NCBI RefSeq assembly: GCF_018350175.1
Contig: NC_058368.1
Location: 2,542,001-2,606,000, forward strand
Origin: Felis catus
Lineage: Eukaryota
Direction: 5' to 3'
DNA: 64,000 nucleotides
The notes below the pieces were generated by a model that was not told where the DNA came from, did not search any database, and saw only the letters and a program-made list of their open reading frames with translations. The position numbers and the translations under genes are program-made. Numbering within the stretch: the stretch's first letter is position 1; every line of letters starts with the position of its first letter. Positions 59,720 through 64,000 of the stretch are shown in pieces.

Positions 59720-60880
59720 TTATTATTATTTTATTTTTATTTTTATTTCAGCTTTTTTGACATATACTTGACATAAAGAATTGTAAGATATTTGAAGTGT
59801 ATGCCATAGTGGTTAATATACATATATACATTGTGAAAGAATTTCCCTCATTTTGTGAGAATATGTAAGCTCTACTCTTTTAGTAAATTTCAATTTTACA
59901 ATACAGTGTTATCAACTAAACTCACCATGTTCACATTAGGTCCTCAGACCTTATCTTATAGATGAAAGTTTGTATACTTTTACCAAACTCTCCTTATTTC
60001 CTCTACCCCCCCAAACCCTGGCAGACACTTTTCTACTTTCTATTTCTATGGGTTTTACTTTTGTTTTATTTATTTATTTTTATTATTTTTTAAAAACTTT
60101 TTTTAATGTTTTTATTTATTTTTGAGAGAGAGAGAGAGACAGAATATGAGTGGGGTAGGGTCAGAGAGAGAGGGAGGCACAGAATCTGAAGCAGGCTCCA
60201 GGCTCCGAGCCATCAGCACAGAGCCTGATGCAGGGCTCGAACTCATGAACCGTGAGATCATGACCTGAGCTGAAGTCGGACGCTCAACCGACTGAGCCAC
60301 CCAAGTGCCCCTTGATTTTTGTTTTAGATTCCACCTACGAGTGATACCACGCAACATTTGTCTTTCTTTGGCTTATTTTTCCTAGGATACTGCTCTCAAG
60401 GGACATTACTTAGGATAATGAGCTCAAGGATAAAGGCAAGATTTCTTTTTTTCACCTCATGGCTGAAAGGTATTCCACTGTGTGTAGATGCCACATCTTT
60501 ATCCACTCATCCATCAATTGATAGGCATTTAGGCTGTTCGATATCTTGGCTATTATGAATAATGCTTCAGTGAATATGGGAGTGAAGATATCTGTTCAAT
60601 ATCCTGTTTTGATTTCCTTTGGATATAAACCCAGACGTGGGACTGCTGGATCATACGGTAGTCCTAGTTTTAATTTTTTTTGAGAAACCACCATACTCTT
60701 CTCCAGAGTGGCTGCACCAGTTTGCATTCCCACCAACAATGCAAAAGAGATGCTCTTTCTCCGCATCCTTGCCAACACTTGTTATCTCTTTGTGATGATA
60801 GCCATGCTAACAGGTGTGAGGTGATATCTCATGGTTCTGATACACACTGATGATTAGTGATGCTGAACCCCTTTTCTATT
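59720..60880 (-). mobile_element. L1MA-type 3' fragment split by a SINE
   Basis: 3'UTR (caatacagtgttatcaacta...cacattagg..ctcagaccttat) and ORF2 end (gtggctgcaccagtttgcattcccaccaaca). Confidence 0.85.
60069..60311 (-). mobile_element. CAN-SINE (SINEC_Fc)
   Basis: Canonical body; ttttgtttta flanks both sides. Confidence 0.95.
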
Positions 60881-60892
60881 GTCTTTTTAGTT

Positions 60893-61112
60893 AAAAAAAT
60901 TTTTTTTTTCAACGTTTATTTATTTTTGGGACAGAGAGAGACAGAGCATGAACGGGGGAGGGGCAGAGAGAGAGGGAGACACAGAACCGGAAACAGGCTC
61001 CAGGCTCTGAGCCATCAGTCCAGAGCCTGACGCGGGGCTCGAACTCACGGACCGCGAGATCGTGACCTGGCTGAAGTCAGACGCCTAACCGACTGCGCCA
61101 CCCAGGCGCCCC
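60893..61112 (-). mobile_element. Young SINEC_Fc
   Basis: TSD tctttttagtt at 60882-60892 and 61113-61123; CpG-rich. Confidence 0.95.
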
Positions 61113-61243
61113 TCTTTTTAGTTTTTTATCTCACTGGTAGATGCTATTCGCTTTGCTGTTTTTTTTCTTCTGCTAACTTCAGGCTTTGTTCTGTTTCTAT
61201 TCCTTGAGTTGTAAAGTTAGAGATCTTGTTTGACATCTTTCTT

Positions 61244-61394
61244 TTTTTTTTTTAATATATGAAATTTATTGTCAAATTGGTTTCCATACAACACCCAGTG
61301 CTCATCCCAAAAGGTGCCCTCCTCAATACCCATCACACACCCTCCCATCCCTCCCACCCCCCATCAACCCTCAGTTTGTTCTCAGTTTTGAAGA
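61244..61394 (-). mobile_element. Very short 5'-truncated felid L1 (3'UTR only)
   Basis: poly-T + aatatatgaaatttattgtcaaattgg; TSD ttga(c/g)atctttctt at 61230-61243 and 61395-61408. Confidence 0.9.
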
Positions 61395-62041
61395 TTGAGA
61401 TCTTTCTTAATGTAGATATTTATCACTATGAACCTTCCTCTTAGAACTGCTTTTGCTGCATCCAGTAAGTTTTGGAAGATTTTATTTCCATTTCTATTTG
61501 TCCCAAGAAATTTTTAAATTTCTTTTTTGATTCCTTCTTTGATCCATTGGCTGTTCAGTTGTTGTTTAATCTCCACATGTTTGTGTTTTATTCTTGTATT
61601 TGATGTCCAATTTCATACTGTTGTGGTCAGAAAAGATGCTTAATATGATTTCAGTCTTCTTAAACTTATTAAGACCTATCTTGAGGCCTAACATAAGATC
61701 TATCGTGGAGAATGTTCCGTGTGCATTTGAGAAGAATGTGTATTCTGCTGCTTTGGGATGGAATGTTCTGTGTATGTCTGCTAGGTCCATCTGGTCAAAC
61801 ATGCCAGTTAAGTCCAATGTTTTCTTGTTGATTTTCTGTCTGGATGATCTATCCATTGATGAAAGTGGAGTATTGCAGTCTCCTACTATTACTGTATAGC
61901 TATCTATTTTCCCTTTAGGTCTGTTAATATTTGCTTTATGTATTTTGGTGCTTTTAAGTTACTAATGCTATATTTTCTTGTTAGATTGGTCCCTTTATCA
62001 TTATAATGACCTTCTTTGTCTCTTCTTATAGTCATTGTCTT

Positions 62042-62466
62042 TATTTATTTTTAATTTACTTAAGTTTAATTTAAACAGCATATAGTACAATAATGTTTTC
62101 AGGAGTAGATTCCAGTGATTCATCCCCTATGTATAACACCCAGTGCTCATCTTAACAAGTGTCTTCCTTAATGCCCCTTACCCATTTAGCCCATTCCCTC
62201 ACCCACTGACCCTCCAGCAACCCTCACTTTGTTCTCTGTATTCGAGTCTCTTATATTTTGTCTCCTTCCATGTTTTTATATTCTTTTTGCCTCCCTTCCT
62301 TTATGTTCCTCTGTTTTGTATCTTAAATTCCTCATATGAGTGAAGCCATATGATATTTGTCTTTCTCTGACTGACTTATTTTGCTTAGCATAATACCCTC
62401 CAGTTCCATCTATGTTGTTGCAAATGGCAAGATTTCATTCTTTTTGATTGCCGAGTAAGACTCCAT

Positions 62467-62500
<34 letters not shown>

Positions 62501-62902
62501 CCACATCTTCTTTATCCATGCATCTGTCAATGGACATTTGGGCTGTTTCCATACTCTGGCTATTGTTGATAGTGCTGCTATAAACATTGGGGTGCGTGTG
62601 CCCCATTGAAACAGCACACCTGTATCCCTTGGATATATACCTAGTCATGCAATTGCTGGGTTGTAGTGTAGTTCTATTTTTAACTTTCTGAGGAACCTCC
62701 ATACTGTTTTCCAGAGTGGCTGCACCAGCTTGCGTTCCCACCAACAGTGCAAAAGAGATCCTCTTTCTCCGCATCCTCGCCAACATCTGTTGTTGCCTGA
62801 GTTGTCAATGTTAGCCATTCTGACAGGTGTGAGGTGGTATCTCATCGTGGTTTTTATTTGTATTTCCCTGATGATGAGTGATGGTGAGCATTTTTTTCAC
62901 CT
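62042..62902 (-). mobile_element. 5'-truncated carnivore L1 (ORF2 end + 3'UTR)
   Basis: [11 protein letters not shown]...[16 protein letters not shown] peptide; imperfect TSD ttata(g/c)tc(a/t)ttgtctt at 62026-62041 and 62903-62918. Confidence 0.9.
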
Positions 62903-63614
62903 TTATACTCTTTGTCTTAAAATCTATTTTATCTAATACAAGTTTAGCTATTCCTACTTTATCTTGGTTTCCATTTGTATAGAATGTTTTCCCATCCTTT
63001 TACTTTCAGTCTCTGTGCACCCTTAAAGCTGAGGTGAAAAGAAAGCTGAAGTAAGTCTCTCATAGGCAGCATATAGTCGAGTCTTCTAACTGCATAATTG
63101 ACACCACACTTGCAGATTCCCTCAGGGCAAACAAGAAACTCTACCTTTGACCATAGACGATTTCAGGTTTCCTTGGGTGCTACTAAAACACACACAGCTC
63201 TGTGAGATTGATACTGACTGATTTTTCCAGTTGAGCTCCAGAGGCTGTTGGCAATATACCATGAATAAGTACCTCCCCGATACACTTGAGTCCTCCTGTT
63301 TCCTGGGTCCCTGAAAGCAAGGAACTGGTGCCTCTGTACATCCCATCACTCTGAGAAGTGGAGTCAACGTTGATCTTCTCTTGATATGCCCTGAGATGTC
63401 ACATCTGTCCTCTCACTTGAAATGCCTTCCCTATAGGCCTATTTTTCATCACTGAGTAGTCATTTGTTTATGTCATGAAAGCTTATTGTGTCTGTCCACT
63501 GTGTATTATGTCATCTTAAGATGGGATGGAAACATCTTGGGCCATGCTTCTGAAATCTCATGTACTTCTTTTAAAGCCAGCCGCTAGCTTCCTAATAGCT
63601 GCATTTGAGACACA

Positions 63615-63990
63615 GTGAATTATGGCAGAGACGGCGCAAGAATATGGGCTAAGAAAGCTGGATTCTAATTCTTGGTGTACTGTTAATATTCTGTGTGAGT
63701 CTCAGAAGTTATTTAGCTTTTCTGGGCTCCTAATTTTTCATTTGAAGTGAAAATTAACAATAAGAAGTATTGATAGCATTCATTTATTGAATGTTTACTC
63801 TGTGCCAAACTCTGTATTAAGTGTTTTACATATGTTTTGTTCTTTTGATCTTTAGAGGAACACTTTTTGAAGATTGTTTGTATTTCCATTATATGGCTGA
63901 AGAAATTGAAGCTCAGTGAGTTAACAATAAGCTTAGCTAATAAGTGAGAGAGCTGGGATCAAAACTCAGGTTATCCACTAAGTGATATAA
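63615..63990. mobile_element. Two MIR fragments (plus about 63615-63765, minus about 63770-63990)
   Basis: ctggattctaattcttgg...tctgggctcc, then catttattgaatgtttactctgtgcca...gaaattgaagctcag...gagctgggatc. Confidence 0.75.
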
Positions 63991-64000
63991 ATAGGTTACC

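Larger units (their letters stand above)
61125..63085 (-). mobile_element. Old L1 ORF2 endonuclease-region fragment hosting two younger L1 3' ends
   Basis: Peptide MDRSSRQKINK...AEYTFFSNAHGTFSTID (61566-61856); continues at 62903-63085. Confidence 0.85.

Noticed and set aside
3021..60357. Recurrent MAQSVERPTSAQVMISRFV-type short ORFs
   Set aside because: These are translations of CAN-SINE bodies, not a gene family.

Overview
Mammalian (felid, cat-like) genomic DNA, judged from about 21 tRNA-derived CAN-SINEs of SINEC/SINEC_Fc type. No credible host protein-coding exon is visible. Bases 1-1785 look like the distal part of a long + strand 3'UTR with tandem poly(A) signals and Pumilio-type motifs. 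From memory it resembles the human TEAD1 3' end, but this is unverified. The rest is intergenic. It holds an ancient + strand L1 (about 7.2-15.1 kb) bracketed by a diverged ~270-bp direct repeat, a 2.5-kb (CAC/CAT)n array between two tail-to-tail MIRs, and a 27-45 kb block of L2/MIR/MaLR/hAT relics with CpG-rich and enhancer-like segments. From about 47.5 to 63 kb lies a nest of minus-strand L1s, including a full-length but inactivated carnivore L1 with a 13-bp TSD. All long ORFs come from repeats. I found no convincing new biological system. The best leads are a miR-95-like tail-to-tail L2 hairpin, the 270-bp duplication around the old L1, a SINE with a probable 3' transduction, an internally duplicated SINE, and the higher-order structure of the CAC array. 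Repeat family names are recalled from consensus sequences, not computed.
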